A stretch of 64,000 nt of DNA, from positions 98,394,001-98,458,000 of the forward strand of contig NC_042997.1 of NCBI RefSeq assembly GCF_006345805.1, in the 5' to 3' direction. This document shows positions 1-13,839 of the stretch, in pieces. This stretch comes from Octopus sinensis (Eukaryota). The notes below the pieces were generated by a model, which was not told the DNA's origin, searched no databases, and worked only from the letters and a program-made list of their open reading frames with translations. The position numbers were made by a program, and so were the translations under genes. The first letter of the stretch is position 1; each line of letters starts with the position of its first letter.

Positions 1-2533
1 CGACAACCTTTAGTACTTGACGAACCCAAACATGAGGATTCAAAGGATTCACACAAACTTCTCCCCCAGGACATACCTCTCCACTCCGACAAAACTTACA
101 CGACGACTCTCATCCACCGAACCACAGACTTTATTAGAAGAATTAGGTGGGCGGCCTACCATTTCGATAACCCGGAGAAAAGCAACCCCAACTCTAACCA
201 AGAAGAAATAGCACACAAGAAGATATTTAAAAGCAGAAGAAACCCACCCCCTAACTACGCACTGGAAAATTTTGAAAAAGACTTAATCGACCTCATTACC
301 AACATCAACATTAGTAAACATAAGACCATTTCCAACACCCACTTAAGGAGCCTTAAAGATTTCCTGCATTCACTCAGGAACGACGGTAATCTTATCATAC
401 CCGCTGACAAGACGGGGAACTGGTATAGGCTAGACTACCAAACCTACAAATCGCTCATCATGAGGGAACTTAGCAAAAAGTATAAAACTACTTCTACGGA
501 TAACCTTAAGGAAATTAATTACAAAATCAAGGAAGTTATGAGCAAATTAGACCTCCTGGACAGAACAGAACCTATTAAACCGCAAGTACCCAAAATTACT
601 ATTAAAGACCATAAGAAGACTTCCCGGATAGTGTAGGAGTACGATTAATCTGTCCGACTAAATCGGATATCGGCAGACTTAGCAAGACCGTCCTGGACAA
701 GGTGATCCCACACATCAAACCCCACATCCCACTCCAACTATGGATTAATACCAGCGATGTGCTAGAATGGTTTAACACTATCACCAAAGGGCCCGACTAC
801 TCATTCATCCAATTCGACATAGCCAGCTACTACGCCAGTATATCCCCCATCTTACTTAACAAATCCCTTTTTTGCCCGCAACCTTTCACTCATAGACAGA
901 GAAAAAATTGACATAATTCTATTAGCTAGAAAAACCATAATAGAATTCGACGGTAGACTCTGGACCAGATCCGATACCCCCGACAATTTCGATGTGGCTA
1001 TGGGCTCGAGCGATTCAGCTCAGGTGACTGACTTGGTCGGGGCCTACCTGCTCAAGAAGCTTTTCTCCGAGGTACCGGATCTTCAGGGGGGTCTATACAG
1101 AGACGACGCTCTCTTCATATACCCCACCAACAATGGGAGTAAACTAGAAAGAATTAGGAAAAAGATCAGGCTTTTTTTCAAATCCTTCAATCTTAAACTA
1201 GAATTTATGACCAATACTAAAATAGTTAACTTCTTAGATGTTACGTTAGATTTGAATAAGCACCTTCACTACCCATATAGGAAACCAGAAGAAACTACCA
1301 AATACATCCATACCTCTTCCAACCATCCACCCTGTATAATTAGCACCACAGTACAAGCCATCTCAGACAGACTGACAAAACTATCCTCTAATAGAGAAAT
1401 TTTCAATAATCATGCTCAACACTACAACCAAGCTCTCTATAGTGCCGGATATAACCAGAGAATATCATACGTAGACCAACCGGGAGCGTCCGTCGACCAT
1501 AAGACTCCAATTATAATCGAACTCAGCACTCAACTCACACTACCGATAAGTCTAATTCAAACTCCAAACAACATATAGGAAATAGGCGGACTAATAGAAC
1601 AGCACACAATAGTAACCCTCCCGACGAGAACAATATAGATCCTATTAGGAGAAACAGAAGGGATAATAGTAGATTACGCAAATACATATGGTTCAACATA
1701 CCTTTCAACTTAGCAGTTAGGGGTAGGTTATGTAAAAGAATATTCTCTATAATTTCCAACAACTTCCCACCCACCCACAAATATAGAAGTATCTTCTCCA
1801 ACAAAACTATTAGGATTTCCTACTCTACCCTGCCCAACATGAGCTGCCTCTTAGCTAAACACAACTATATTAATATTAGAACAGCTAGATCAAGAGCAAA
1901 CCATAGCGACCAACAGAACCCCCCTCATCTAGACAGTAGGCATTATAACCAGACTGGCAACCATAATACCCAAGCAGTTAGTAATAACACCGCCGACACT
2001 ACAGAGGAAATACTACACCCATCAACAACCAGGAGGTTACCAACGCCCCCCTCGTATTGCAACACCTCCGCCTAGGATTAGCAGCACACGACCGAATAAT
2101 GCAATGCAATGCAACTGCAGATGTGCATCAGAGTGCCCGCTGCAGGGCGCATGCAGGGCAAAAAACGTAATATACTCATGTGAGGTGAGTACTCAATTTA
2201 ACACACTCACCTATATTGGTTGCTCAACCTCCTGGAAATCCAGATACTACAACCACGGTCCTCGATGAGACATAGACATAAGGCTAACAGCACCTCCCTC
2301 TCTAAAAGAATTTGGGAATTAAAAGACAAATGCATAAGCTTCAAACTCAGATGGTCCATCATCGGATCAGCTGCACCTTATTAAATAATAGAGCAGGATG
2401 CCAACTATGCTGTGTAGAACTCCTGAACATCTTGAAATTCAAAGACAAACACAATCTTATTAACAAAAGGTCAGAGTTCAAACCATCCTGTATACATAAA
2501 CTTATTAATACTTTCAAATACTACAATGCTTAG
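1..2533 (+). mobile_element. Penelope-like element, frameshifted RT + GIY-YIG ORF
   Basis: ORF pieces contain FDIASYYASI, MAMGS, GLYRDD, NFLDVTLDL, YIHTSSNHPP, then CNC..CPLQGAC..NVIYSC..TYIG (~2110-2220). Several frameshifts. Confidence 0.92.
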
Positions 2534-4230
2534 GTCTTATACCAACTCCCCCATGCTATTTCCTCCCACCCGGTGCAACCTGTCGGCTCCAGCACATCCC
2601 GTTTTCCTATATGTGCGTGTGTATGTGTGTGTGTGTGTGTGTGTGTGCGTTTATGTGCACATACGCGTGTGTACATATACACATATATATATATATGTGG
2701 GCCACCTCCATCTCATGTTAAACTTTACAAAATTATATTTTTACCTTATTTTCTTATTTTTATATTTTTTTATTTTATTTTATTTTATTTTTATTTTTAT
2801 TTCTATTTTTATTTTTATTTTCATTTTTATTTTTACTTTTATCCTACTTCCATGTATTTTTATTTTTAATTTTATTTTTACTTTTATTTTTACGTTTATT
2901 CTACTGCCATTTACTCTCATTTTCATTTTCATCCATTACCTTAACTCTTATAACCCTTATAATCTTATATTTCATTTCTAACTATTACACTGTATTTCTT
3001 ATTTTATACTGTATTTTTTATTTCTAATCTTTACCTTACCCTCATTCTTACCCCTAATCTATCGATTTACTCACCTATGGATCCGCCTTTTGAGTATCCG
3101 AGCGTCCGCGTACGTGTGTATGCGCATACATACATGTGCGCGCGCGTATGTGTACATGCATACTTCGATATCTTATGACTATACCCATGAGCGCGTGTGT
3201 CTCTGTGTGCGTATGTGAGTATATATATGTGCACGCACATACGGACACACAGCCGTGTGTGCGTGCGCGTATTAACATGAGTACGGGATTCTTTACATAC
3301 GTTCTTATACACATCCTTTAATATCTTATACCTAGACCTAGAGACGTGGGCATATACGTGTACGTATGTAGTGAGGGGCGCACGTATGTACATGTGAGCG
3401 TATACGCGCGTAATGTCCGTCTATATATGCGGATATTCTGTTGTATGTATGTGTGTGTGCGCGCATGCGTGTGGGTGCGTGTGGGTTTATGTACAGGTTT
3501 ACACGCGAGTGCGTGTGTTTGCTTATAGACTTGGAGACGTATATGTACGCGTGTATGTGGGTGTATGTACCCATGATGATATGTATGTACTGGAAGTCCA
3601 TTTAATTCAAGGAACCAGATTAAACTCTCATCAGCTTGATTTACGACGAAACCGTTAATTTACTGACAGTTCTACAACTAAGTTTTATCAATCTCTTGAC
3701 CACCATGCTGGGTCCGCGACCTCTATACATCCCTATCCCTACACTCTTTTACACTTTTATCATGTTTTTATCAGGTTCCTTTACCTTTTACTATTATTTC
3801 CATTTCTATTTTTACTTTACAACATTATGCCTTTATACCCCCTTTACATCTCCTTACAACTCTTTATCTTATTTATCATACATTTATACATTATTTTTTA
3901 TCCCTCGTCCCGAACTCTCGCCCCTCCACCTTCACCTCTATATACGTATTTATTTATTTACATTACCTCAACATCCAAGTTTCCTCATTCTACATTGAGA
4001 GAAGAAGGAGATGGACGATTCAATTCGATGCTGCTGCCGTATTTTGTCGTACGGGAACGAGAAGATTTGCATCCCCAACCAAGAATTTCGGAACTAACAC
4101 ATGTCCTTGTGGAAGCTGTTGTGAGCGGCTGAAGAAGGCCACAGACATACATTATGATTTGTTATGTATCTGTTAATAAGGCCCGAAACATATGTACCGC
4201 TGAATCCTTCGCCTCATGTTTTTATTTTAT
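2534..4230 (+). repeat. 3' terminal repeat (pLTR-like region) of the Penelope-like element
   Basis: Follows the PLE ORF, is purine/pyrimidine-alternating and T-rich, and ends in an HHR. 3900-4230 is clearly homologous to 55920-56300. Confidence 0.75.
4124..4201 (+). ncRNA. Minimal type I hammerhead ribozyme
   Basis: agcgg-CTGAAGA-aggcc...ggccc-GAAAC-atat-GTA-ccgct: 5-bp stem I, intact core, palindromic stem III acatatgt, predicted cleavage after A4196. Confidence 0.88.
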
Positions 4231-4244
4231 TTTTATTTTGATCA

Positions 4245-4281
<37 letters not shown>

Positions 4282-5332
4282 CATATGTGGGTACACGACG
4301 TCACCAACAGTAAACAACATGAAATACGAAAACAAATGATTTTAATACGCAAACAACGAGAGAAACAAATGGATAACAGGACAAGTAACACAAAGAACAT
4401 CCCTTCATCAGCTGTCGGCTGTCTATCTACTCCTCAGCGTGCAAAACCAATTAAAAGAAAAATTAATACAAAATATATTATTTTTCCTTATATATAAAAT
4501 ACATTATTATATCAAGGCTTTTTACTGTAAGTAACGCTACAGCTGTAGAGGGATTCAAAATCAAACTACTTTATACAACATATATATGTGAGTGTGTGTG
4601 TATGTATACATATGCCTGTGTGTGAATGTGAGTTTGTGTGTGTGTACGTATGTGTGTGTGAGCGTGTGTGTGTATACTGGCACTCCCTTCGGGTACGAGG
4701 ACGTCAGTTCCAGTTAAAATTAATGTGTATGTAGACATGTGTATCCTTAATATAGTTTCCATGGAGACTGCGTGCCACAGAATGTGACAAGGTTGGTCCT
4801 TTGAAATACAGGTACTACTCATTTTAGTCAACAGAATTAATGATAACAAAGAGTTCGATACCGTACGGTCTGGTAGTTTCCCCTGCTTGCAACATATATT
4901 GGGTGCATATTGCTTCGAATAACCAGCTGCAGGAGGCGTCATCCTGGTGTTAAAATGGTCATAAAGTCGGTTCCTACGGAACAGCCGTGTTGAAGTGGCG
5001 ACAAACATTACTTCTCAGTAGTATACTTACTGCTTCCATCTTTCAAAGAGATTTTCTAATTAGCTAATTTGATTGTTATATATATAATAAAGCATAAAGG
5101 TACCAGCAGAATAGATGGAGGCAAATCAGCAGTGAAGCACACTATATGCTTTGGCTCGGGTGTCTAAACCGAAAATTACGTACACAAATCACATCAGTGG
5201 TATTGGTTAAGTTGAAAGGATATTTCTTTGACATCCCGTATTCTGCAAATCCAGGAGTATTCAAGGAGTAATTGGTTCGTTGATTGGACTAATGACGGTG
5301 ATTTAGATAAAACGAACGGATAGTTTGGTATA

Positions 5333-5565
5333 CAGGGTTGGCCAAAGTCTCCCGACAGTAAATCGAAATTCCATATATACTATCTGTAATTCTGTATTGA
5401 CTCAAACGGAAAAAATGTATCGCTCAAGCAGGACTTCAGTTTGAATTATATTCATGATGTTTCATATTTAGACGCTTTTATTAAATTCATTCAGTTGTTA
5501 AACATAAAGAAAGTTTGGATTTAAATGGTTTTGATTTACTGTCCCGTGAATTTTGGCCAACCCTG
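5333..5565. mobile_element. MITE (Tc1/mariner-type)
   Basis: ~32-bp imperfect TIRs starting CAGGGTTGGCCAAA; TA on the left, TG on the right; absent at the paralogous site near 50912. Confidence 0.88.
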
Positions 5566-5823
5566 TGTAATAAGTTACGAAATCATATACCATTATACAG
5601 AAACGCGTTTTCATAACTTCATGAGATTATGGTAGTGTATGTGTAGCATTACTCAGATTATCCTTTTTTTTAATCTTTATTACGATACGCACACACAACA
5701 CACGTATATATATACATACCTTCATAAAACTGACACTTACGAATCCAGTTTTAAATAAATATCTTTTGTTTCAGGAGGAATAACTCATAATACAATGATT
5801 AATGTTCTGGTGCACTAATATAT

Positions 5824-6804
5824 TTAAGGTTTGCATGATGGAGAGGTTCTTCTGTATAGAATATCTATCTCATTTGATTCTCGATTTCTTTTAGTATAAT
5901 AAGGGGCACAAACTGTGGAACCCCAAGTCATTTTGAATTTTGGGGGATTAGCTTTGATGATTGCAACATTACAGTATTTATTGGGATGCCTCCATCCTGC
6001 ATAATTACCGTCCGATGTCGTTTGATGAACAGCAGTCAGAGATTCTGTAGCATCAATAAGTGTCATATTTTGAGAATTTGCAAAAGCGATCAACCAATTA
6101 TCATATCTACTACGTCCAATGACGAAATCAAAGATTTGATTCCAGGGAAAGTGTCGATTTGTAATAAAATAATCTATTGCTATGCCTCTCATTAATATTC
6201 CGCTTTCAGCTATCTTTCGAATATTATAAGAATTCACAATGTATGTACTATTTGTAAATTTAACGTTTGTCCTTTGACCAACTATTAGTATAGGTCTATT
6301 TTGTGGTAACTTTTTCTTAATAGATTTCAGCGTATTGATAAGACTCTCATCGAAAAGAATGTCAGCATTTGCATAGCCATAGAAGTCGTGATCAGTAAAA
6401 GACGCAAGTACTTCAAGAATCATCGCTTTTAAAACTGGTATTTGACCGCAGGCAACTTTTGTAACATTCCGTATCCTCCAATTTTTTCTTAAATACGTAT
6501 CCAGCCGGCTGCTACTTACATTATCCGTGGGTATTGCTGGTCTAAATAATACAGGTTGCAATAATAATGGCCAACTTCCCCATATTCGGGCTGTATTTTC
6601 ATAAATTGCAAGTTTTTCTGGTGATAAGTTCCACGTTGTGATAAGGACTAATAAAAACTTGGTTTCTCGCAACTGATTAACCAGGATTCTCTGTCTGTGT
6701 AATAGGCGCTCTTTTAAGTGTTTGTCTATCAAAAGTATCCCCGCAAACAAGAAGATTGTGATAATACCCATAATAAGATATTTTTTTCGAAGCGACATGC
6801 CCAT
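5824..6804 (-). CDS. Type II membrane protein, putative glycosyltransferase (paralog A)
   Basis: Intact 326-aa ORF with basic N-tail plus TM helix and motifs YGYANADILFD, IDYF, GRxxYDNWL, LTAVHQT. A splice acceptor (tttatttcag) lies directly before the ATG. Paralog at 51045-52022. Confidence 0.85.
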   Translation of the reverse strand: MGMSLRKKYLIMGIITIFLFAGILLIDKHLKERLLHRQRILVNQLRETKFLLVLITTWNLSPEKLAIYENTARIWGSWPLLLQPVLFRPAIPTDNVSSSRLDTYLRKNWRIRNVTKVACGQIPVLKAMILEVLASFTDHDFYGYANADILFDESLINTLKSIKKKLPQNRPILIVGQRTNVKFTNSTYIVNSYNIRKIAESGILMRGIAIDYFITNRHFPWNQIFDFVIGRSRYDNWLIAFANSQNMTLIDATESLTAVHQTTSDGNYAGWRHPNKYCNVAIIKANPPKFKMTWGSTVCAPYYTKRNRESNEIDILYRRTSPSCKP

Positions 6805-7356
6805 CTGAAATAAAAATAAAGCAACTTGATATTATATTGATTGATTAATTGGATCTTTTCTGTTTGGCTTAATTTTTTTAAATTTTAAAATTATGTGAAA
6901 ATTTTCAGATTTGATGTATTAATGTAATTTTTCTTATAGAAATAAAATCATTATTTTATATATTTTTTAAATAAATATTGTTTAACACTATTTGCTTATT
7001 TATTTAACTATTATCGTTAACCTAAAGATTGATTATAATTTTAAATCGAATTTGTTTCAATTGATGTAAACTTAATTGTAATTCGAATTTAATTGTAGCC
7101 ATGAAACGTACATAGTTTTTTTTACTTATTATATATTGATCATTCATTTTTATACTTTTTGAGAGCTAGTTATAGTTTTATAAAAATGTATATTTGTTAT
7201 TTATGTTTTGATCTTTGTCTATCACTGTTTGAGTTTGCATAATAGTGGTTTTATCTCTAATTTGTATTTTATATATTTATATTGTAAAATTTAGTTTAAT
7301 ACTAAATTGAATTTTTCCCTGTAAGTTTGATGTTATACTCCCTATATTATTATTAT

Positions 7357-7441
<85 letters not shown>

Positions 7442-7661
7442 ATATATATATATATATACAGCAATAAGAAAATGGAGGGGATCAAGAGATGGTATTCATC
7501 AAATTTAGACATTATAGTATGTCTATTTATTAAACAAAACCCACTTATAACAATATAACAATATACATACATGTATGACATATTATGCTTTACATATATA
7601 ATATATAAAAATACCAGTAATTATTAAAATATATAACGTAGAGCATAAAAAGTAGGATAGT

Positions 7662-7785
7662 CTCTTACGGCTGTTTCAGTCAAGAGATCATAGTACCCCA
7701 CTTTACTTCCAGTCCTTCAATTAACTGAATTATTTCGTAGATAAGATTAAGGTACTTGAGTGTGTCTCTGGGCTTCGTCGGAGAG
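7662..7785 (-). ncRNA. Degenerate hammerhead ribozyme
   Basis: Minus strand: ctct-CCGACGA-agcccagag...ctcttgact-GAAAC-agcc-GTA-agag; one core change (U4C) and an imperfect stem II with a long loop. Confidence 0.5.
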
Positions 7786-7914
7786 TTTAGAAGGTTCATA
7801 AGATTAAGTTATAAATACAAATACATACATATAAACACATTTTTACATATACATGCATATACACAAATATGGATAAACACACATATGTATATGTATATGC
7901 ATACAGAGTAATCA

Positions 7915-7957
<43 letters not shown>

Positions 7958-8143
7958 GGTGTATTATATTATTCTTATTAAATAAAGTATAAACAGAGGA
8001 AGGAGGAAGTTATCAAAAAGAGAAATAATAGTGGAATTTAAAATAACTGTATCTTAAGATTATTGTAGTTATGTAGGATTGAAATAAGTATATGAGGAAT
8101 ACATACATACATACATACATACATACATACACACACACAAACG

Positions 8144-8192
<49 letters not shown>

Positions 8193-9667
8193 GTATATAT
8201 ATACATATATATATTTACGTATAAACATACCCATAAGTACATAGATATAACATGTTTTGAGAAGGGAGGATTATTGCAGTAGTTCATATTTTTCTTTTTA
8301 TATAATTATAGTAATTATACATAAACATGTATATATTCATATAAACATATAAACATGCGATATGTTTTCTATTGAGGGCTTTAGACAAAGGTCCACTATA
8401 AGTGGGTTATAGTTTATATTAATACCTGTATTATTAGTTCGTACTAAAAGTGATAAATTTCCGGGTATTAATCAAGATACTTTATTTTCCGTTATTTTTT
8501 GTTTATCGAGTAACTGAAATCCTGCGGGAAGTGGGGAGGGAATTATGGTCAGTCCCGTAATCTAATTGGTCATCTATTGTTTCTAAAGACCATGACTTTG
8601 TTATGGTTGGTTAATGGATAACCGATAACATAAACACAAAATTAGGCAAATATATATATAAAATGTGTGTAAATAAAAAAAAAACATAATGTGGATGAGT
8701 TTATATATATATATACAAACACATATATACATAGACATACACACATACACACACACATATATATATTAGAATTTTAGGTTAAAGTCGTATTACTAAGGGG
8801 ATATTGTTTTAATATACTGCATATGAAAGATAAGTTATTACAAATTTATTTTAAAACCCCTATATAATATTACATGTATCTGTTTAATTAGGGGAACCAT
8901 TTATATATTTACTAAATCATACGGGTAATAAATTGTTAAAATATTATGTTGGAAGTTCTTAAGACCAAATTCAAACAAGGGACAATATACCAAAAGTGAC
9001 TGTAAAAGTTGTTTCACTAAGTTGTTGTTTATCGCTAAAATAATGCTTAAAACGTACTCTCCTATAAAGTGCATTAATTGAAATTCTCCATGCAACAGTG
9101 CTTAGTTACTAAATTAATGAACCAACTCAATACATAATATATTCTCTTTTATATATATTATATATTCTCTTTTAATGAACCAATTCAATATATATCCTTA
9201 AATATTTTCTACATATTATTACATTGTTGTTATTTATCGCTAAAATTATGTTTAAAATCTATTTCTATCTGACAAGAGGCCTCAAATGCAAGACTCCATG
9301 TAATAGTGTTAAGTCCCTTAATTAATAAAACCATTAGTCATTCAGTCTATTTATTTAGTTAATTACTTTTAATGTTACATTTAAGCGGTATGATGGTGGT
9401 GGTTTTTGTTTTAGTTATAAATAGAATGAAGGAAGACAGCTCTGGTTTATTGATGTCTAATTATGAAAATAATATTCTCAAAAATTTAGGTCCATTATTC
9501 AATCAATCAATCAATTTATCAATCAGGCAATTAATCAATCAATCAATTTATTGGTTTTGTAATGAGGTTGCATATCAATGTCTGTATCTATCAACATAAA
9601 CATGCACATACAATACATACACAGATGCATATATATATATATATATATAAAACCATATATTTACACA

Positions 9668-9750
<83 letters not shown>

Positions 9751-10155
9751 ATACATACATACATACATAGACATGTATATACCCACACATACATGAAGGT
9801 ACCAGCAGAAAACATAAACATATACATTTCTACCTAAACTCATATATGTGTGTGCATACATAAATATATATATATTCACAATTGCGTGTACAATGATATC
9901 TCTATACATACTACCTAAACGTACATACATGTGTGTGCATACATAAATATATATATACACGAGTGTGTACATAAATATACATATATACACACATATCCAC
10001 ATATATAAATACAAAAGTAGCAGTAATAGTAATATATACTTACAGATACATATATGTATATAATTATAGCTAACTTAATATATACCTTCTTATATATATA
10101 TGCATAATTATCATACATTATATAATACAATATAGTATAGCAACAATAAGAACTC

Positions 10156-10157
<2 letters not shown>

Positions 10158-10247
<90 letters not shown>

Positions 10248-10287
10248 TAATAATAATAATAATAGTAATAATAATAATAATGAGACC

Positions 10288-10343
<56 letters not shown>
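10158..10343. repeat. (AAT)n followed by (ATT)n microsatellites in opposite orientation
   Basis: Directly visible; separated by a short spacer (gagacc). Confidence 0.95.
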
Positions 10344-10344
<1 letters not shown>

Positions 10345-10345
10345 G

Positions 10346-11583
10346 TTAGTAGGGATGTTTTAATACTAGGCTATAGTGGTATTTGGAAAAGGTATGTCCA
10401 ATCTTATGAAGACAGAAATCGTTGCGCTCTTTTAGGCTGTTAGTAAGCGGAATTTTAATCTCAATTATAAAAATTTCATTCATACAAAAGGCTTTTCTAT
10501 TTTTAGTATTATATGCAGGTGCTGATATTAATATTTTCCATTTTAAATTATTGTTAATTCCCCCATCCTTAATTCCCATATGTAGCTACTTAACCCTGTA
10601 GAATTTCTATTTCTGTTTCTAAATGTATAGTTATTATAATTCTCTGTTTCATATTGTTTTTCTTATTGTCGCACCCACATATACCTTGCCGTCATATTGT
10701 GTACTTACTATACATTGATATACTACCTCCTTTCTAATGCAGTTATTAAATACACAATTACTACTTATTCTACAATCACATGTTCTGTGTGGCTGTGTAG
10801 GGTTTATGTTATTGGTGTTGGAAGTTATTATTATTGTTATTATTATTGAGTGAGAGAGCAGTTCATGCCATCAAAGTGACACTGGGGTAAAATATACGAA
10901 GCCCAATATACCCTTCATGACTACCCGTCTGATAAAGGTACACCAGGCACATGCATCACAACCATATGTGCGCGACATGGTGATCTCATATCAAGATAAA
11001 CAGCACATGACCTTGCAGGTGGGGCCCAGTTAGAATTTTCTTCAGGTTGAGTAGCCCATCCCACTCAAACGGTCCCTGAATAAGGGTTGTTTAAGGATGT
11101 TGAAAAAACCACCCATGTTTCCAGAGGTGAATTATTCAAACCCCAAAGAATCCCTCTCAACACATGGCTATGATGCTCCCCCACTACTTCTGCTCGTGAT
11201 CAGAGATGCACATATCGTCAGCCACTAAGGGACATGCTCAACTGGTTAAGGTCAAGCAACTGACAAGCAAATCTGTGGTATTGAGCAGAATATTTGCTGT
11301 AGCCCATCTTTTATACCAAGACAAAACAATGTACATGATAACACTTCCAATCAGTTAAGATCAGAAGCCATGAGAGCCACTGCCTGGTACTGCATCAGGG
11401 CTATTATTATTATTATTATCATTATTATTATTAGTAGTAGTAGTTCTGTGGCTATTGTTGCTCACAATAATGTTATTATTGCTTATATTATTATGATCAA
11501 TAATGTTAGTATTATTACTATAATTATTTACACTTCCGTTGTTGCTGTTATCATTATTATTATTATTGTTGCTGTTGTTGTTG

Positions 11584-11627
<44 letters not shown>

Positions 11628-12031
11628 GTTGTTATTATTGTAATTATCATTTATGTTGGTATTACTTCTGTTATCTTTTCTACTTAGATAGGTGTCCAGT
11701 TTTCTATTGTTAATTGAGATGATGGTAGCTAGGTTATGTGTTAGAATATATCCTATTCTTATTGTCATGTTATGGGTTATCTCCCAATATTTGTATTTTC
11801 TTTTTGTAAAATGTTTGTTAGTTAAACTAAAAATTGGTTTTACTGTTATTATTGACTTGCATAGCGAAAGGTATTATTAGCCATAAAGTATCCATTTCGT
11901 TATATCCCTTATTGGGGTTATTTAGATTCTTTGTAAGTTCTCTGTGATCATTCTTATTTTCCTTTTTATATTTAATAATATTATGTTTGTAATAATTTTT
12001 TCTATTATTATTAGTAGTAATGATATTATTA

Positions 12032-12081
<50 letters not shown>

Positions 12082-12620
12082 TATTATTATTATTTTTGTT
12101 GTTGTTGTTGTTGTTGTTGCTGTTGTTGTTATTATTATTATTATTGATGTTGTTGTTGTTATGTTCTTTATTACTATTATTATTTTTTATGGGTTGTCTT
12201 ATCGCATTTTAAATATTTCTTTATTATTATTATTGTTATTTTTATATTTATCTTTGGTATAGTTATATTTGTCTAAATTTTGTGTGTTGGGGTAGTTACA
12301 CTATCCTGGTTATTATAGTTAAGATTATAGGGAAGGTATTTAATTTTACCTTTATACCCTGCATTTGTTAATGCTATATTGTATTTTCCTTATGTTTATT
12401 AAATATCTCTTCATTAGAGGAGAGGTTTGAAATTATTTTTCTTACATTTAGTAGTAGGGCTTTTTTCTATTTGCGAGGGATGGTTACTAGAATTAGTTAT
12501 ATATCTTAAAGTAGAGTTTTCTTTTATATAAGGGTCATGGAGTCCGGTATTTATGTTACAATTTGCATCTAAATAGCTCATAGAATAGTTTTGTTTTCTA
12601 TAATTATGGATAGGCCATAC
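10346..12620 (-). mobile_element. Decayed Penelope-like element with poly-Asn (AAT) linkers
   Basis: Minus-strand pieces YLDA..TGLHDPY..RYITNSSNHP (~12470-12580), IRIGY..NL..II (11700-11770) and a GIY-YIG C-terminus LKWKIL..APAY (10346-10579), in the same order as PLE 1-2533. Confidence 0.75.
10848..11401. mobile_element. Unclassified ~550-bp insertion within an (ATT)n tract
   Basis: GC-richer block with sharp edges and TAT repeats on both sides, interrupting the PLE. Confidence 0.6.
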
Positions 12621-12625
12621 CTATT

Positions 12626-13005
12626 AAAGAATTCATGCAAACGCTTAAAACAAACAGATGTATTAGTATAACGCTCAGGAATAGAAAAATGCTTTTACGT
12701 TTAGAGCCTACGCTCTTCTACAGAAAAGGACACAGAAAATGAGAGAAACAAGGAGAGAAAAAATGTGTGTAGTGGCTAACGATCTATCAATTCTCCTTGT
12801 GTATATATATAAGGAGAATTCACAAAAAAAAAGCAAAAGACGAAGACAAGTTGTGAAGACAACAAGCAGATGCATTAGTTTAATGCTCGGGAAGTGAAAA
12901 AGTATTTAACGTTTCGAGCCTACGCTCTTCTACAGAAAGGAACACAGAAAGAAACAAGGAGAGAAAATAAAGAGAATGTGTAGTGGCTAGTGATCTGTCA
13001 TGGTG
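12626..13005 (-). repeat. Two tandem ~200-bp pLTR-like units with variant hammerheads
   Basis: Direct repeat; each unit has CTGTAGA-agagc-gtag-gctc-(G/T)AAAC-GT(T/A) on the minus strand (12692-12728 and 12905-12938). Confidence 0.65.
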
Positions 13006-13839
13006 AATACCGGACAGAAGGGTCACACAGGAGAGCTAGGAGGAAGGAGAGATAGCAAAGATGCGCGTACGTGTGTATAAGAGAGTGTATGTACGTGTGG
13101 AAGAGGGCTGATGACCTTGAAGTGTGCGTGTGTATGTGTAGGTGTGAAGATGTGGGGCTGGGAAGTGGTCAGTGCCAGTGTGTGTGTGGTGGTGTGATGG
13201 TGTGATGGGTAGTTGTGTGTGGGGTGGTGTGGTGGTGTTGGGAGGTGAAGGAGGCGAGAGCGGGACAGCAAGGGTGGTATGTGGGTTAGGATGAGGGTGG
13301 GGTAGAGGTGGGGTATGTGGGTAGGTAGATCTGGGGTATTTGGGAGTGGGTATAAGGGATGTGGTGGGGTGGGGGCGGGATGTAAAGGATAGCGAAGGTG
13401 GGATTGGAATGAGTAGGGGTGGGGTTCCGAGGGAGGGGTGACGATGATGGGGAGGGAGAAGGTGGGTAGGAGTGAAGAGGAGAGAAATGGGGAGTAGGAA
13501 TGAAGATAAGTAGGAGTCGGAGCAAGAGAGGTGAGAAGGGCGGGAGAAAGTAGGTATGACGAGAGAGAGTTGAGGGGAGAATGTTAGATGAAAAGGAGAG
13601 GAAAGTTGAGCCCATGTGGGGAAAAGGAGCGTAAAGTCATGAGTACGATTTCCTGTAGCGCGCTGTGTTTTTCAGCAAGGTACTCTACTTCCCCTTGCTG
13701 CATTCCACTCACCTGGTAAAAATGAGTTGTAGCTACAATGAGTTGTAGCTGTAGCTGTAAACAGGAACCTCGTTGTCGTAACCGATGGTGTGCCATTTTT
13801 AAAGAAAGAGTGAAAGCAAAAGAAATGTTCCATATCTTA

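Noticed and set aside
8330-9320. Possible old PLE remnant upstream of the 7662 HHR
   Set aside because: Too decayed to read diagnostic motifs.
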